A stretch of 64,000 bases of DNA from an uncultured Candidatus Rokubacteria bacterium (GCA_963747235.1 CAVVEU010000039.1:1-64000); one strand, 5' to 3'; shown: positions 1 to 11,463, counted from the first letter of the stretch. Notes: generated by a model not told the origin, from the sequence alone. Numbers and translations are program-made.

Positions 1-484
1 GGCCAGGCAGGTGGGGGAAGCGCTCCGCGCGCGAGGAGTCCGCCCGCGCTTACTGGATCTGGCCCCGGTGCAGCGCTTCCTGTTCGACGGCCAGCCGGGC
101 GACGAGGCCGAACAGGACATCGTCCACCGGGCGCTTGCCTACGCCGCCAAGCTGCTGACCGAGGCCGGCGTGTCGGTCATCGTGGACGCGACGGCCGCGC
201 GGCGCGCCTGGCGCGAGGCGGCCCGCACGCTGATCCCGTGCTTCGCGGAGATCCAGCTCCTGTGTCCGACCGACGTGTGCCTCGAGCGGGAGCGCGCCGT
301 TCGCTGGGGTCTGACGTTCGAGGCGCCGGCGCCGGCGGCCGCGAAGCCCGACATCGCCTTCGACTACGAAGAGGCGACGCGGCCCGATCTGGCGATCAGG
401 ACCGATGTGTACGACGCGCACGCCGCCGCGGAGCGAGTGCTGGCGATGATCCGGCATCTGGCCGGCGGACCGATCCGCACGTGA
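1..484 (+). CDS. Adenylyl-sulfate kinase-like P-loop kinase (5' end outside window)
   Basis: VSVIVDATAARRAWR...EIQLLCPTDVCLERE...YEE...PDLAI resembles the APS-kinase/AAA_33 C-terminal half; the P-loop is not in the window. Confidence 0.6.
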   Translation, partial: ARQVGEALRARGVRPRLLDLAPVQRFLFDGQPGDEAEQDIVHRALAYAAKLLTEAGVSVIVDATAARRAWREAARTLIPCFAEIQLLCPTDVCLERERAVRWGLTFEAPAPAAAKPDIAFDYEEATRPDLAIRTDVYDAHAAAERVLAMIRHLAGGPIRT

Positions 485-870
485 GCCCCATGCGCCGTCG
501 CGTGCTGGTGGTCGACGATGAGGATGATTTCCTGGCCACCTACGAGCGGCTGCTCCGGCGCCAGGGCTATGACGTGGTCACCGCCATCTCCCGCGCCGCG
601 GGCCTGGCGGCGCTGGCCGGCGAGCGGCCCCATCTCGTCATCTCGGATCTCCGGCTGCCGGATGGCGACGGCCTCGATGTGGTCCGGGCCGCCCGCGGTG
701 CACGCGAGCCGGTGCCGGTCATCGTGGTCACCGGCTATCCGTCCGACGAGACCCGGCGGGCCGCTCTCGCGGCGGGCGCCACCACCTTTCTCTCCAAGCC
801 GTTCGCGGCGGCGGTGCTGCTGGCGGCGATTCGCTCCATCGTGGATGGGGCGGGGGCGCGGGCGACATGA
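481..870 (+). CDS. Single-domain response regulator (receiver only)
   Basis: RVLVVDDE, LVISDLRLPDGDG, VIVVTGY, FLSKPF; GTG481 or ATG490 start. Confidence 0.9.
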   Translation: MSPMRRRVLVVDDEDDFLATYERLLRRQGYDVVTAISRAAGLAALAGERPHLVISDLRLPDGDGLDVVRAARGAREPVPVIVVTGYPSDETRRAALAAGATTFLSKPFAAAVLLAAIRSIVDGAGARAT

Positions 871-959
871 TCGAGCCGATTCGTGACAACTGGGTCATCG
901 CGCTCGGCATCGTCGTCCTGCTGGGTGCCCTGCTCGTCTGGTGGAGGAGCCGGCGCTGA
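867..959 (+). CDS. 30-aa single-pass membrane microprotein MIEPIRDNWVIALGIVVLLGALLVWWRSRR
   Basis: ATGA overlap with the receiver stop codon; hydrophobic helix plus basic tail; too short for the ORF track. Confidence 0.6.
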   Translation: MIEPIRDNWVIALGIVVLLGALLVWWRSRR

Positions 960-976
960 GCCGGCAGGAGGATGCC

Positions 977-1435
977 ATGCAGGTCAAGGAGCTGATGAGC
1001 CGCGAGCTGGTGACGATCGGACCAAGGGAATCGTGCCTGGACGCGGTCGTGCGAATGCAGCGGGCGCGTGTCCGGCATCTCCCGGTGGTGAACCGGGACG
1101 GCACGCTGGTCGGGATCGTCACGGACCGTGATCTCCGCCACCACCTGTTCACCCCGCGAGTCTTCGAGGGGCTGGGCTCGACCCCCATGGACGTCCTTCT
1201 CGACGGGGTGCACGTTGCGGAGATCATGTCCACCGACGTCGTGACGGTCGGGGCCGGTGCGACGCTCGGCGCCGCCGCGGATACCATGCGGAAGCATCGG
1301 GTGGGGTCCCTTCCGGCCATGGAGAACGGCCGGATGGTCGGCATCGTCACGGAAGTGGATATTCTCCGCCAGCTCGGCCAGGCCAACGTCACGGCCGTCC
1401 CGGAGTGCGCGGAGGTGATCGTCTCCTACCCATGA
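977..1435 (+). CDS. CBS-pair protein
   Basis: GGAGG RBS; VRHLPVV..GIVTDRDL and VGSLPAM..GIVTEVDIL. Confidence 0.9.
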   Translation: MQVKELMSRELVTIGPRESCLDAVVRMQRARVRHLPVVNRDGTLVGIVTDRDLRHHLFTPRVFEGLGSTPMDVLLDGVHVAEIMSTDVVTVGAGATLGAAADTMRKHRVGSLPAMENGRMVGIVTEVDILRQLGQANVTAVPECAEVIVSYP

Positions 1436-1478
1436 CCGTCTCCGGCCGGCGCCCGCCGAGCCCACTGGGATGGTATCC

Positions 1479-2042
1479 CTACGGCGTCCTGCCGCCCTGA
1501 CGCGGCGCCCGCGCGGGGCGGCGCGCAAGCAGCAGCTCGGTGACGCCGCTCTCCGTGACGCGCTCCTGCACGTCCATGAAGCGCACGAGCAGGTCGATCA
1601 TGCGCATGTTCCCCGCCAGCACGTAGGCGCGGAAGCGCCGGATGCCGCGCGCATGCGCGGCGGCGAGCAGCGCGTCCAGCATCTGGGTGCCGAGTCCGCG
1701 GCCCTGCCAGCCGTCCTGGATCACGAAGGCGATCTCCGCGGTATCCACCTGATCGGTCTGCTCGTAGCGAGCCACCCCGATCAGCTCGGGCGCTTCCGGC
1801 GTGCCGTGCTCGGCGATCAGGGCGAGCCGGCGCTCGTAGTCCACGTTCGCGAGGAAATGCGCCCAGTCCGGCGGGAGGCGCTTCATCACCGCGAAGAAGC
1901 GCTGGTAGGCGCTATGACGGCTCAGGCCGTCGTAGAACGCGCTCAGCCGATCCTGGTCCTCGGGGCGGATCGGACGCAGGCGCAGCCGCGATCCGTCCCG
2001 CAGGGTGATCTCGCGCTCGAGCTCCGTCGGGTACACCGCCAT
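1479..2042 (-). CDS. GNAT acetyltransferase (stand-alone Pat-type GNAT domain)
   Basis: LRDGSRLRLRPIRPED, YQRFF, NVDY, AEIAFVIQDGWQGRGLGT. Confidence 0.85.
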   Translation of the reverse strand: MAVYPTELEREITLRDGSRLRLRPIRPEDQDRLSAFYDGLSRHSAYQRFFAVMKRLPPDWAHFLANVDYERRLALIAEHGTPEAPELIGVARYEQTDQVDTAEIAFVIQDGWQGRGLGTQMLDALLAAAHARGIRRFRAYVLAGNMRMIDLLVRFMDVQERVTESGVTELLLARRPARAPRQGGRTP

Positions 2043-2071
2043 CGGCGTGCCCATTGTAGCGGGTCGCGCGG

Positions 2072-4702
2072 GTGAGCGACACGTCCACGGCGGCCGCTGC
2101 CGAGGCGGGGCTCACGACGGTCGAGGCCCAGCGCCGCCTGAGCCAGCTCGGCCCCAATCGCGTGGCCGACCGGGGCGAGGTGCCGCTGTGGCAGCTGGCC
2201 CTCGCCCAGTTCCGGAGCCTCGTGGTCTTGCTGCTGCTCGCCGCCTCCGGCATCGCGTGGGCGCTGGGCGAGCGGGCCGAGGCCGTGGCGATCCTCGGCG
2301 CGCTCGTGCTGAACGCGGCCATCGGCTTCGGCTCCGAGTGGCGCGCCCGGGTGTCGCTGGCCAGGCTGCGCGCGCTCGCGGTGCCGCAGGCGCTGGTCCG
2401 GCGCGACGGGTACGTGACCCAGATCGCTACCGCGGAGCTCGTACCGGGGGACGTGCTCGTCCTGGACGCGGGGGCGGCGGTGCCCGCGGACGCGCGGCTG
2501 CTGCGAGCCGCGGCCCTGCAGGTGAACGAATCCACCTTGACCGGCGAGAGCGCGGCGGTCTGGAAGGACGCCGCCGCGACGTCGGGGCCCGACACCCCGC
2601 TGGCCGAGCGCGCGAACATGCTCTACCTCGGCACCACGATCCTCTCCGGGAGCGCGGTGGCTCTCGTCACCGCCACCGGGGCCGCGACGGAGCTCGGCCG
2701 GATCGGACGGCTGGTGGCCTCCGCCGGCTCGCGGACGACGCCGCTCGAGCGCCAGGTGGAGTCACTGGGCCGGCGACTGATCGTGCTGGCGGTCGGCATC
2801 TGCGCGGTGGTGGGTCTCGCCGGCATCCTGCACGGGGAGCCGGTCGGGCTGATGCTGGAGACGGCGGTCAGCCTCGCCGTCGCCGCCGTGCCGGAGGGCC
2901 TGCCGGCGGTGGTCTCGCTCGCGCTGGCCGCCGGGCTCTGGCGGCTCGCGCGCCGCGGCGCGCTCGTCCGGCGCCTGGCCGCGGTGGAGACGCTCGGCTC
3001 GGCCACCGTGATCTGCGCGGACAAGACCGGCACCATGACCGAGAACCAGATGACGGTAACGTCGCTTCGATACGGCGGCCGTCGGGTCACGGTCGGCGGT
3101 GGCGGGCGCTCGACCGCAGGAAGCTTCGTGGACGAAGCCGGCCGCATCGTCACCCCGCTCGCCGATCCGCATCTCACGCTGCTGCTCACCGCGGCGGCGC
3201 TGTGCAACGACGCGAGCCTCCGGCCCGCGCCCGACGGGCTTCATCTCGTTGGCGATCCGACCGAGTCGGCCCTGCTGGTGGCGGCAGTCAAGGCCGGGCT
3301 CGATCCGGCCGACCTGGCACGGGCCTGGCCCCGTCACCGTGAGATCCCGTTCGATCCGGTGACGCGCATGATGGCGACCTTCCACGTCATGCCGGGCGCC
3401 GGGCCCGTGCTCCTGGTCAAGGGCGCCCCCAGCGTGATCGTGGAGCGGGTGACGCGCTCTCACACGGTCGCGGGCCCGGTCGCGCTGAGCGACGAGGATC
3501 GGGTCCGCCTGCTCGAGGAGAACCGGGACCTGGCTCGCGAGGGATTCCGTGTGCTCGCGTTCGCGTGGCGCCCGGTCCCCTCGATCGAGGACGCGCCCGT
3601 GGAGGAGCTCACGTTCCTCGGCCTCGTCGGATTCGTGGATCCGGTGCGTTCGGGGGTGGCGGACGCCATCGCGGCCTGTCGAGAGGCCGGCATCCGCACG
3701 ATCATGCTCACCGGCGACCAGGAGCTCACCGCCCTGACGGTGGGGCGTCAGCTCGGCCTCGAGCCGGAGGCGATCCGGAGCCGGGTCAGTCCGGAGGGCA
3801 AGCTCGAGCTGGTGGCCGAGCTGCAGGCCCGGGGTGAGATCGTGGCCATGACTGGGGACGGGGTCAACGATGCGCCGGCGCTCGTCCGCGCGGATATCGG
3901 CGTGGCGATGGGCCGGCGCGGCACCGACGTGGCACGCGAGTCGGCCGATCTGGTGCTCATCGACGACAACTTCGCGACCATCGTCCTGGCCGTGAAGGAA
4001 GGGCGCGTGATCTACGCCAATCTCCGCAAGGTCATCCGCTTCCTCTTCTCGTGCAACCTCTCCGAGATCCTCACCATCTTCGTGGCCATCCTGCTCGGCT
4101 ATCCCACGCCGCTCCTGCCGCTGCAGATCCTGTGGGTGAACCTGGTCACCGACATCCTGCCCGCGACCGCCCTGATCCGGGATCCGGCCGACGACGACGT
4201 CATGGGACGCCCCCCGCGCGATCCCGCCGAGGCGCTCGTCACCTGGCGGTCAGGCGCGCGCATCCTGGGCGAGGGCGCGCTGCTGGCGGCCGGGGTGCTC
4301 AGCACCTATCTCTGGACCGTGTGGCGGGAGGGCCCCGGCCCGTCGGCCAGCACGATGGCCTTCATGGCGCTGGTTCTGATCCATCCGTTCCAGGCCATGA
4401 GCTGTCGGTCGGAGCGTCTCAACTGGTGGCAACTCAGACCCAATCCATGGATCCCGCTGTCGCTGGTGGCCCTCTTCGCGCTGCAGTGGCTCGCGATTAC
4501 ATGGGGGCCGCTGGCCCGCCTGCTCGGCACGAAGCCCCTGACCGGCGTTGACTGGCTCGTCCTGGCGCTGGGTGTGCTGTGGCCGGTGGCCCTGCTGGAG
4601 GCCCTGAAGGCCTGGGGCCGCTTCACCACATTGAGGCCCGCCTACCCCACCGTGGTGACCCAGGATGAGCCGCAATCCTCGAGATCACCGCGAAAGGATT
4701 GA
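2072..4702 (+). CDS. Cation-transporting P-type ATPase (type IIA, Ca2+/CtpF-like)
   Basis: TGES, VPEGLP, DKTGT, GDPTE, MTGDGVNDAPAL, ILWVNLVTD. Confidence 0.92.
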   Translation: MSDTSTAAAAEAGLTTVEAQRRLSQLGPNRVADRGEVPLWQLALAQFRSLVVLLLLAASGIAWALGERAEAVAILGALVLNAAIGFGSEWRARVSLARLRALAVPQALVRRDGYVTQIATAELVPGDVLVLDAGAAVPADARLLRAAALQVNESTLTGESAAVWKDAAATSGPDTPLAERANMLYLGTTILSGSAVALVTATGAATELGRIGRLVASAGSRTTPLERQVESLGRRLIVLAVGICAVVGLAGILHGEPVGLMLETAVSLAVAAVPEGLPAVVSLALAAGLWRLARRGALVRRLAAVETLGSATVICADKTGTMTENQMTVTSLRYGGRRVTVGGGGRSTAGSFVDEAGRIVTPLADPHLTLLLTAAALCNDASLRPAPDGLHLVGDPTESALLVAAVKAGLDPADLARAWPRHREIPFDPVTRMMATFHVMPGAGPVLLVKGAPSVIVERVTRSHTVAGPVALSDEDRVRLLEENRDLAREGFRVLAFAWRPVPSIEDAPVEELTFLGLVGFVDPVRSGVADAIAACREAGIRTIMLTGDQELTALTVGRQLGLEPEAIRSRVSPEGKLELVAELQARGEIVAMTGDGVNDAPALVRADIGVAMGRRGTDVARESADLVLIDDNFATIVLAVKEGRVIYANLRKVIRFLFSCNLSEILTIFVAILLGYPTPLLPLQILWVNLVTDILPATALIRDPADDDVMGRPPRDPAEALVTWRSGARILGEGALLAAGVLSTYLWTVWREGPGPSASTMAFMALVLIHPFQAMSCRSERLNWWQLRPNPWIPLSLVALFALQWLAITWGPLARLLGTKPLTGVDWLVLALGVLWPVALLEALKAWGRFTTLRPAYPTVVTQDEPQSSRSPRKD

Positions 4703-4728
4703 GCTCGCGCGTTGGCACCCGCGTTGCT
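4613..4728 (+). promoter_or_regulatory. Sigma-54 promoter module P1
   Basis: UAS TGGGGCCGCTTCACCACA 4613-4630 and TGAGGCCCGCCTACCCCA 4632-4649; TGGCAC-CCGCG-TTGCT 4713-4728. Confidence 0.85.
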
Positions 4729-4741
4729 CTGTGAAGGCGAT

Positions 4742-5140
4742 ATGACTACCAACGTGGAACCCATCAAGATCACCGGGCTGGATCGTGATCCGCTGCGCGG
4801 CCGGGCCACGCGGCTCATGACCGAGGCCCTCGCGAAGCTCACCGTCGCGCCGGTCAAGGGACAGGCCTCGTTCTTCGACGACAACGGGCCCAAGGGCGGC
4901 CGGGCCATGCGATGCGCCCTGACGGTGCGGCTGCCGTTCCGGCCGACCATCCGCGTCGAGCGAAGCGCCGTGACGCCCCGCCTCGCCTTCGACGCGGCCT
5001 TCGCCGTGCTCGAGCGCCAGCTCGAGCGGTACCGCGAGCGGGATCGTGACAGCAAGCGGCATCCCAAGAAGTACTTCGCGGCGCGCCGGGTGCTCGCCGG
5101 GGAGGCGCCGGCGCCGCGAAAGCGGGCGCGGCGCGGTTAA
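4742..5140 (+). CDS. HPF/RaiA-family ribosome-associated hibernation protein (divergent)
   Basis: DDNGPKGG..RCALTV..IRVE..PRLAFDAAFAVLERQLERYR resembles the S30AE fold; basic tail. Confidence 0.7.
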   Translation: MTTNVEPIKITGLDRDPLRGRATRLMTEALAKLTVAPVKGQASFFDDNGPKGGRAMRCALTVRLPFRPTIRVERSAVTPRLAFDAAFAVLERQLERYRERDRDSKRHPKKYFAARRVLAGEAPAPRKRARRG

Positions 5141-5153
5141 GCGAGGCCCGTCC

Positions 5154-6281
5154 ATGGATCTGCATGCCCGGCTGACCGCGCTCGGCAAGATTGACCGCGC
5201 CCCGGCCCCGGTGGTGACGGCCTACCTGAATACCCGGTGGGCGGACGAGCACCAGCGCGACCGCGTCCGGATCTTCCTCAAGAATCATCTGGCAGAAGCC
5301 CGGCGCGCCCCTGGCCCGCGCCCGTCCGAGGCCGACTTGGACTGGGTGGAAGCCCAGGGCGAGGCACTCCTCAACCAGGCGATGATGCCCGAGACCAGCG
5401 GGGTCGCCCTCTTCGCCTGCGAGGCGCTCGGGCTCCGCGAGCTCATTTCGAGCCGGGTTCCGTTCGAGAACACGTTCGCGGTGGCCGAGACGCCGCTGCT
5501 GCGTCCGCTGCTGGAGCTCGGCGAGCAGGCACCGTCCACGCTGGTGGTGTTCATCGACACGGAGACAGCGCGGCTCGTCGCGCTCACCTCCGCGGGGGCG
5601 GGAGAGGAGGTCGCGCTCGTGGCCGACGTGCCCGGCCATCACGGTCGGGGCGGCTGGACGCAGATGGCGCAGTCCCGATACCAGCGGCACACCCAGGACC
5701 ATCGGGCCCGGCATTTCGAGGCCGTGGTGGGGAGCCTGATCGGGCTGATGGAAGGCCATGGCTTGCGGTCGATCGTCCTGGCGGGTGAGCCCCGCAACGT
5801 CGCTGTGTTCCGCAAGGAGCTGCCGCCGCGCCTCGCCGCGTTGGTCGTCGGGACCGTGGCCGGCGCCCGGCACGAGGCCATCGGGCTGATAGTCGATCGG
5901 GCCGCCGAGTATCTCCCGCACGTGCAGGGGCAGCGGGAGGCCGAGGGCGTCGACGCCGCGTTGACCGCGGCGGCCAAGCGGGGGAAGGGGAGCGCAGGCC
6001 TCGAGGCCACCCTCAGCGCCGTCAACCGAGGGGCGGTCCACCGGCTCTACCTCCTCAAGGGATGGAGCGCGCCCGGCCGTCGCTGCCGGGGGTGCGGGAC
6101 ACTCGGGGGTGGGCTCACCTGGACCTGCCCGACCTGCGCCGGCGAGGTGCTGATGGTGGAGCTGGGCGAGGCGATGGCCGAGCGCGTCGCCGCCGCCGGC
6201 GGCGCCGTGGAGACCATCGCGGTTCACCAGCCCCTGGCGGTGGCCGGCGGCATCGCGGCCGAGCTGCGCTATCCCCTGTGA
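5154..6281 (+). CDS. Bacterial archaeo-eukaryotic release factor-like protein (baeRF/Balon-like) with C-terminal zinc ribbon
   Basis: VVTAYLN, GVALFAC, PLLRPL, GHHGRGGWTQMAQSRYQRH, IVLAG, CRGCG..CPTC, ending GGIAAELRY. Confidence 0.85.
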   Translation: MDLHARLTALGKIDRAPAPVVTAYLNTRWADEHQRDRVRIFLKNHLAEARRAPGPRPSEADLDWVEAQGEALLNQAMMPETSGVALFACEALGLRELISSRVPFENTFAVAETPLLRPLLELGEQAPSTLVVFIDTETARLVALTSAGAGEEVALVADVPGHHGRGGWTQMAQSRYQRHTQDHRARHFEAVVGSLIGLMEGHGLRSIVLAGEPRNVAVFRKELPPRLAALVVGTVAGARHEAIGLIVDRAAEYLPHVQGQREAEGVDAALTAAAKRGKGSAGLEATLSAVNRGAVHRLYLLKGWSAPGRRCRGCGTLGGGLTWTCPTCAGEVLMVELGEAMAERVAAAGGAVETIAVHQPLAVAGGIAAELRYPL

Positions 6282-6470
6282 GGCCGGCAGTGGCGCGGGG
6301 TCCCGCTGAAGAGAGCGAAGACCCGCGCCTCTCCCTGGCGCTGTCGCTCGCGAGCGAGGCCGGACGCCTCGCCGTCGCCGGCCGGCCGGATCTGGACGTG
6401 CAGTGGAAGGGCCGCTGGAAGGGCCCCGGCGATCGAGTCACCACGGCCGAGCTTCGGATCCCCAGCGGGT
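6278..6470 (+). pseudogene. N-terminal remnant of an inositol-monophosphatase-family gene
   Basis: LSLALSLASEAGRLA..LDVQWK..GPGDRVTTAELRI, then similarity is lost. Confidence 0.45.
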
Positions 6471-6543
6471 GCATCACGACCCCGGCCGGTCGTCCGTTCT
6501 TTCCTTTCGACGTGGCGGGGCATCGGCGCGGCGCGGACCTTCG

Positions 6544-7139
6544 ATGAATCTCGTGATCGAATCGATCGGCGGTACCCCGGTCGCGCACCGGCGGATCGAG
6601 CTCGTGGAGCGCAAGGGGCTCGGCCACCCCGACACCATCTGCGACTCTGTGGTGGAGGCGGCCTCCGTCGCACTCGGCCGTCTGTACCTCGAGCGCGCCG
6701 GTGTCATCGCGCACCAACATCGACAAGGCGCTGCTGGTGGCCGGCCAGTGCGTCCTCGGCCGAGGATGCCGACTCCGGCCAGGTAGGGCGTGGCAATCGC
6801 GCCAACGGGCTCATCGCCTTCTCGCGTCCCACCGGGGGCGAGGCCACCGCGGGCAAGAATCCCGCCGCGCACGCCGGGAAGGTCTACAGCGTCCTGAGTC
6901 ATCGGCTGGCGCGGCTCATCCACGACCGCTGCCCGGCGCTCCTCGAGGTCTACGTGCACCTCGTCGTCCGGATTGGCGAGCCGGTCGATCGACCGTGGAC
7001 AGGTGTCCAGGTGCGCCTGCCCGCCGGCGCCGAGCTTGGAGAGGTCGAGGGGGAGATCCACCGGGTCGTGGAGGCCGAGCTGGCCCGCCTGCCCGCGTTC
7101 CGGGCGGCACTGATCCGCGGCGCACACCCGGTCTGCTGA
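6544..7139 (+). pseudogene. Archaeal-type S-adenosylmethionine synthetase, large internal deletion plus frameshifts
   Basis: IELVERKGLGHPDTICD, NIDKALLVAG, DSGQVGRGNRANGLI, EATAGKNP..HAGKVYSVL, across frames; about 200 aa versus about 400 expected. Confidence 0.8.
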
Positions 7140-7148
7140 CCGGCGGAG

Positions 7149-7256
7149 CGGGGTACGGCTGTCCCACCTGAGGCGAGCGCGCTGTCCCGTCGGAGAGAGC
7201 CGGACCCTCGAATCGGCTTTCTTTTCGGTGGCCTGCGAGAGGGTATGTCGCTTGCA
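7149..7256 (+). promoter_or_regulatory. Sigma-54 promoter module P2 (ybaK-like/groEL operon)
   Basis: UAS CGGGGTACGGCTGTCCCA 7149-7166 plus half-site TGAGGC at 7169; GGGTAT-GTCGC-TTGCA 7241-7256. Confidence 0.65.
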
Positions 7257-7271
7257 AGCACATCGAGCGTC

Positions 7272-7697
7272 ATGCACGAGCGACTGGAAGAGCTCCTCGG
7301 GGTCCGGGGCATCCGCTACAAGCTGGTGCCGCACCTGGAAGCCTTCACCGCGCAGGAAGAAGCGGCCAACGCTCACCGGCTCAAGGGCCTGATCGGCCGC
7401 GGCGAGATCCGTCTGGCCAGCGTCGAGGAGATACTGGCGGGCTTTCCCGGCTGCGCGCTCGGCGCGACCCCGCCGTTCGGCCGGCTCTTCGGGATCCCCA
7501 CCGTGGTGGACGAGTCGCTGGTCGAGCAGCGCGACATCGTCCTGCCGTCGGGGGACCATCGGACCGCGATCCGGATGCGCGCGACGGACTACGTGACGCT
7601 GGCCGAGGCCCGATCGGGCTATTTCGCGTTCCACGAATCGGAGGAGTTTCCGGTGCACCCACATCCCCGCGCCCCGGTGACGCGGCCGAGCCCCTGA
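7272..7697 (+). CDS. YbaK/ProX aminoacyl-tRNA deacylase-like protein, probable internal deletion
   Basis: [39 protein letters not shown]; the central Lys-containing segment appears absent. Confidence 0.7.
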   Translation: MHERLEELLGVRGIRYKLVPHLEAFTAQEEAANAHRLKGLIGRGEIRLASVEEILAGFPGCALGATPPFGRLFGIPTVVDESLVEQRDIVLPSGDHRTAIRMRATDYVTLAEARSGYFAFHESEEFPVHPHPRAPVTRPSP

Positions 7698-7716
7698 TCG
7701 AAGGAGACAAGAGGAC

Positions 7717-9342
<1,626 letters not shown>

Positions 9343-9345
9343 GCC

Positions 9346-9999
9346 GTGCTCGTCAAGGACGTCATGCAGCCGCACCCGGTGACCGCGACCCCCGAGACGC
9401 GCCTGCCCCAGCTGGTCCGGCTGCTGCAGCGTCGCGGCTTCCGCCACCTCCCGGTCCTGGACGGGGGCAAGCTCGTCGGCATCGTCTCCGACCGCGACGT
9501 CAAGCAGTCCATGGCCTCGGCGGCCTCGGCGGCGGAGGGGCGTGAGCGCGACCGGCTCCTCGACGAGCTCACCGCGGGACAGATCATGGCGCGCGCGGTG
9601 GTCACGATCGGCCCGACGGTCGGCGTCGATGAGGCGGCCCGGCTCATGGCGACGCGGAAGATCAGCGCGCTGCCGGTCACCGAGGGAGACCGGCTCGTCG
9701 GCATCGTGACCGAGACCGACGTGCTCCAGCTCTTCGTGCGGGCCATGGGAGTGCTCGAGCCGTCGAGTCGCGTGGACGTGACCCTGCGCGACCAGACCGC
9801 CGGACTGGGCGAGGTCGTGCGGACGGTCGAGGAGGCCGGCAGCCGGATCGCCAGTGTGATGACGCTGGCGATGCCGGGCGGAGAGCGGGAAGTGATGCTG
9901 CGCCTCGCCACGATCAATCCGGGGCCGGCGGTGAAGGCGCTCGAGGCGAAGGGCTACGTGGTGAGGGATGCCGGTCGCGGCGCGCCCGCGGCGCCGTGA
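9346..9999 (+). CDS. CBS+ACT protein (AcuB-like)
   Basis: Two CBS repeats followed by SSRVDV...DQTAGLGEV ACT-like domain. Confidence 0.85.
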   Translation: MLVKDVMQPHPVTATPETRLPQLVRLLQRRGFRHLPVLDGGKLVGIVSDRDVKQSMASAASAAEGRERDRLLDELTAGQIMARAVVTIGPTVGVDEAARLMATRKISALPVTEGDRLVGIVTETDVLQLFVRAMGVLEPSSRVDVTLRDQTAGLGEVVRTVEEAGSRIASVMTLAMPGGEREVMLRLATINPGPAVKALEAKGYVVRDAGRGAPAAP

Positions 10000-10017
10000 G
10001 CGCGAGGCGCTCGCCGC

Positions 10018-11463
10018 CTACGGGATGTCGGAGAGCAGCCAGGGCACACCGAGCGCGAGCAACGTCAGCAGGAAGAAGGCGCCGAAGATCCCGCCGAGGG
10101 CCCAGAACGCCGGCCGGCTGACATAGCCGCTCGCGAAGTAGATGGGCGCCGGCCCGGTGGCATAGGGCGTCAGCACCCCCATGAGGCCGATGGCGTAGCA
10201 GAGCAGCAGGGCGAGGGGCCGGGCCGGCAGGTCGGGCATGGCCATGCCCGCGGCGAGGAAGACCGGCAGCAGCGCGGTCGCGTGGGCGGTCAAGCTCGCG
10301 AACATGTAGTGGGCGACGAAGAACACCGTGACGAAGAGCACCAGCCTGGTGGTGGGCGGTACCGATGAGAGATCGGTGACCATGCGGCCCGCGAACCAGG
10401 TCAGGAATCCGACCCGGTGGAGCCCGTCGGCGAGCGTCACGAGCGTGGCGAACCACACGAGCACCCTCCAGGCGTCGGTGTAGCCGAGGACGTCGCGCCA
10501 CGACAGCACACCGGTGAGGATCATCAGGCAGAAGGCGATGAGCGCCGCGGTGGTCGGATTGAGCCACCGGCCGGCGAAGATCCAGAGCCCGAGCGCGAGG
10601 ACCGCGATGCCCGCCATCGTCGCCTCCCGGCGGCTCATGGGGCCCATCCGCCGGAGCTCGTGGGCCGCCCAGACCGGAACCTCGCGGCTGACCTTCACGC
10701 CGGGCGGATAGACGAGGTAGACGACCAGCGGCAGGGAGAGGAAGAGCACGAGGCCGACGGGCAGGAATCCCATCGCCCAGTCGCTCCACCCGACACTGAT
10801 GTGCGCGCGGTCCCGCATCAGCGACACCGCGAAGAGATTCGCGGCATTCGCGGTGAGAAACATGGAGCTCGTGATGCCGGTCGCCGCGAAGGCCGTCCAC
10901 ATGAGATAGGCGCCGATCCGGCGCGCGCTCCGGCCCGGCGAGGAGTCGTAGAGGGCGGGAATGCTCTTGATGATCGGATAGACCATGCCGCCGCTCCGGG
11001 CGGTATTGGACGGCGTGAAGGACGCCAGCACGAGGTCGGCGAGCGCGACGGCATAGCCGAGGCCGAGGGTCCGGCGTCCGAGCCCGCGCACCAGCCCCAG
11101 CGCGATCCTCCGGCCCAGGCCGGTCTTCTCGTAGCCCAGCCCGAACATGAAGGCGACGAAGATGAGCCACACCGTGCTGTGCGAGAAGCCGGACAGCGCC
11201 CATCGAATCGCATCGTCCGGCAACGGCGCCACGAGACCGAGGGCGGTGGCGGTCGTGATCCCGAGAATCCCCACGACCGGGCCGGGCAAGGGCTCCGTGA
11301 TCAGCGCGGCGACCACGGTCGCGAACAACGCGAAGTACCGCCAGGCCGTGGGTGACAGGCCGGACGGCGGGGGACCGAGCAGGAGGGCCCCCTGTTGGCA
11401 TGGCGCCCGATTGTCCGCCGCCGATGCGCCCTCTTCAAGGCCCGGCCGGTTCGCGATCTCCAT
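10018..11463 (-). CDS. DASS-family di/tricarboxylate transporter (CitT/TtdT-like)
   Basis: WALSGFS, YEKTGLGRRIAL, TPSNTARSGG, TSSMFLTA, HYMFAS, LTPYATGP; start uncertain. Confidence 0.88.
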   Translation of the reverse strand: MEIANRPGLEEGASAADNRAPCQQGALLLGPPPSGLSPTAWRYFALFATVVAALITEPLPGPVVGILGITTATALGLVAPLPDDAIRWALSGFSHSTVWLIFVAFMFGLGYEKTGLGRRIALGLVRGLGRRTLGLGYAVALADLVLASFTPSNTARSGGMVYPIIKSIPALYDSSPGRSARRIGAYLMWTAFAATGITSSMFLTANAANLFAVSLMRDRAHISVGWSDWAMGFLPVGLVLFLSLPLVVYLVYPPGVKVSREVPVWAAHELRRMGPMSRREATMAGIAVLALGLWIFAGRWLNPTTAALIAFCLMILTGVLSWRDVLGYTDAWRVLVWFATLVTLADGLHRVGFLTWFAGRMVTDLSSVPPTTRLVLFVTVFFVAHYMFASLTAHATALLPVFLAAGMAMPDLPARPLALLLCYAIGLMGVLTPYATGPAPIYFASGYVSRPAFWALGGIFGAFFLLTLLALGVPWLLSDIP

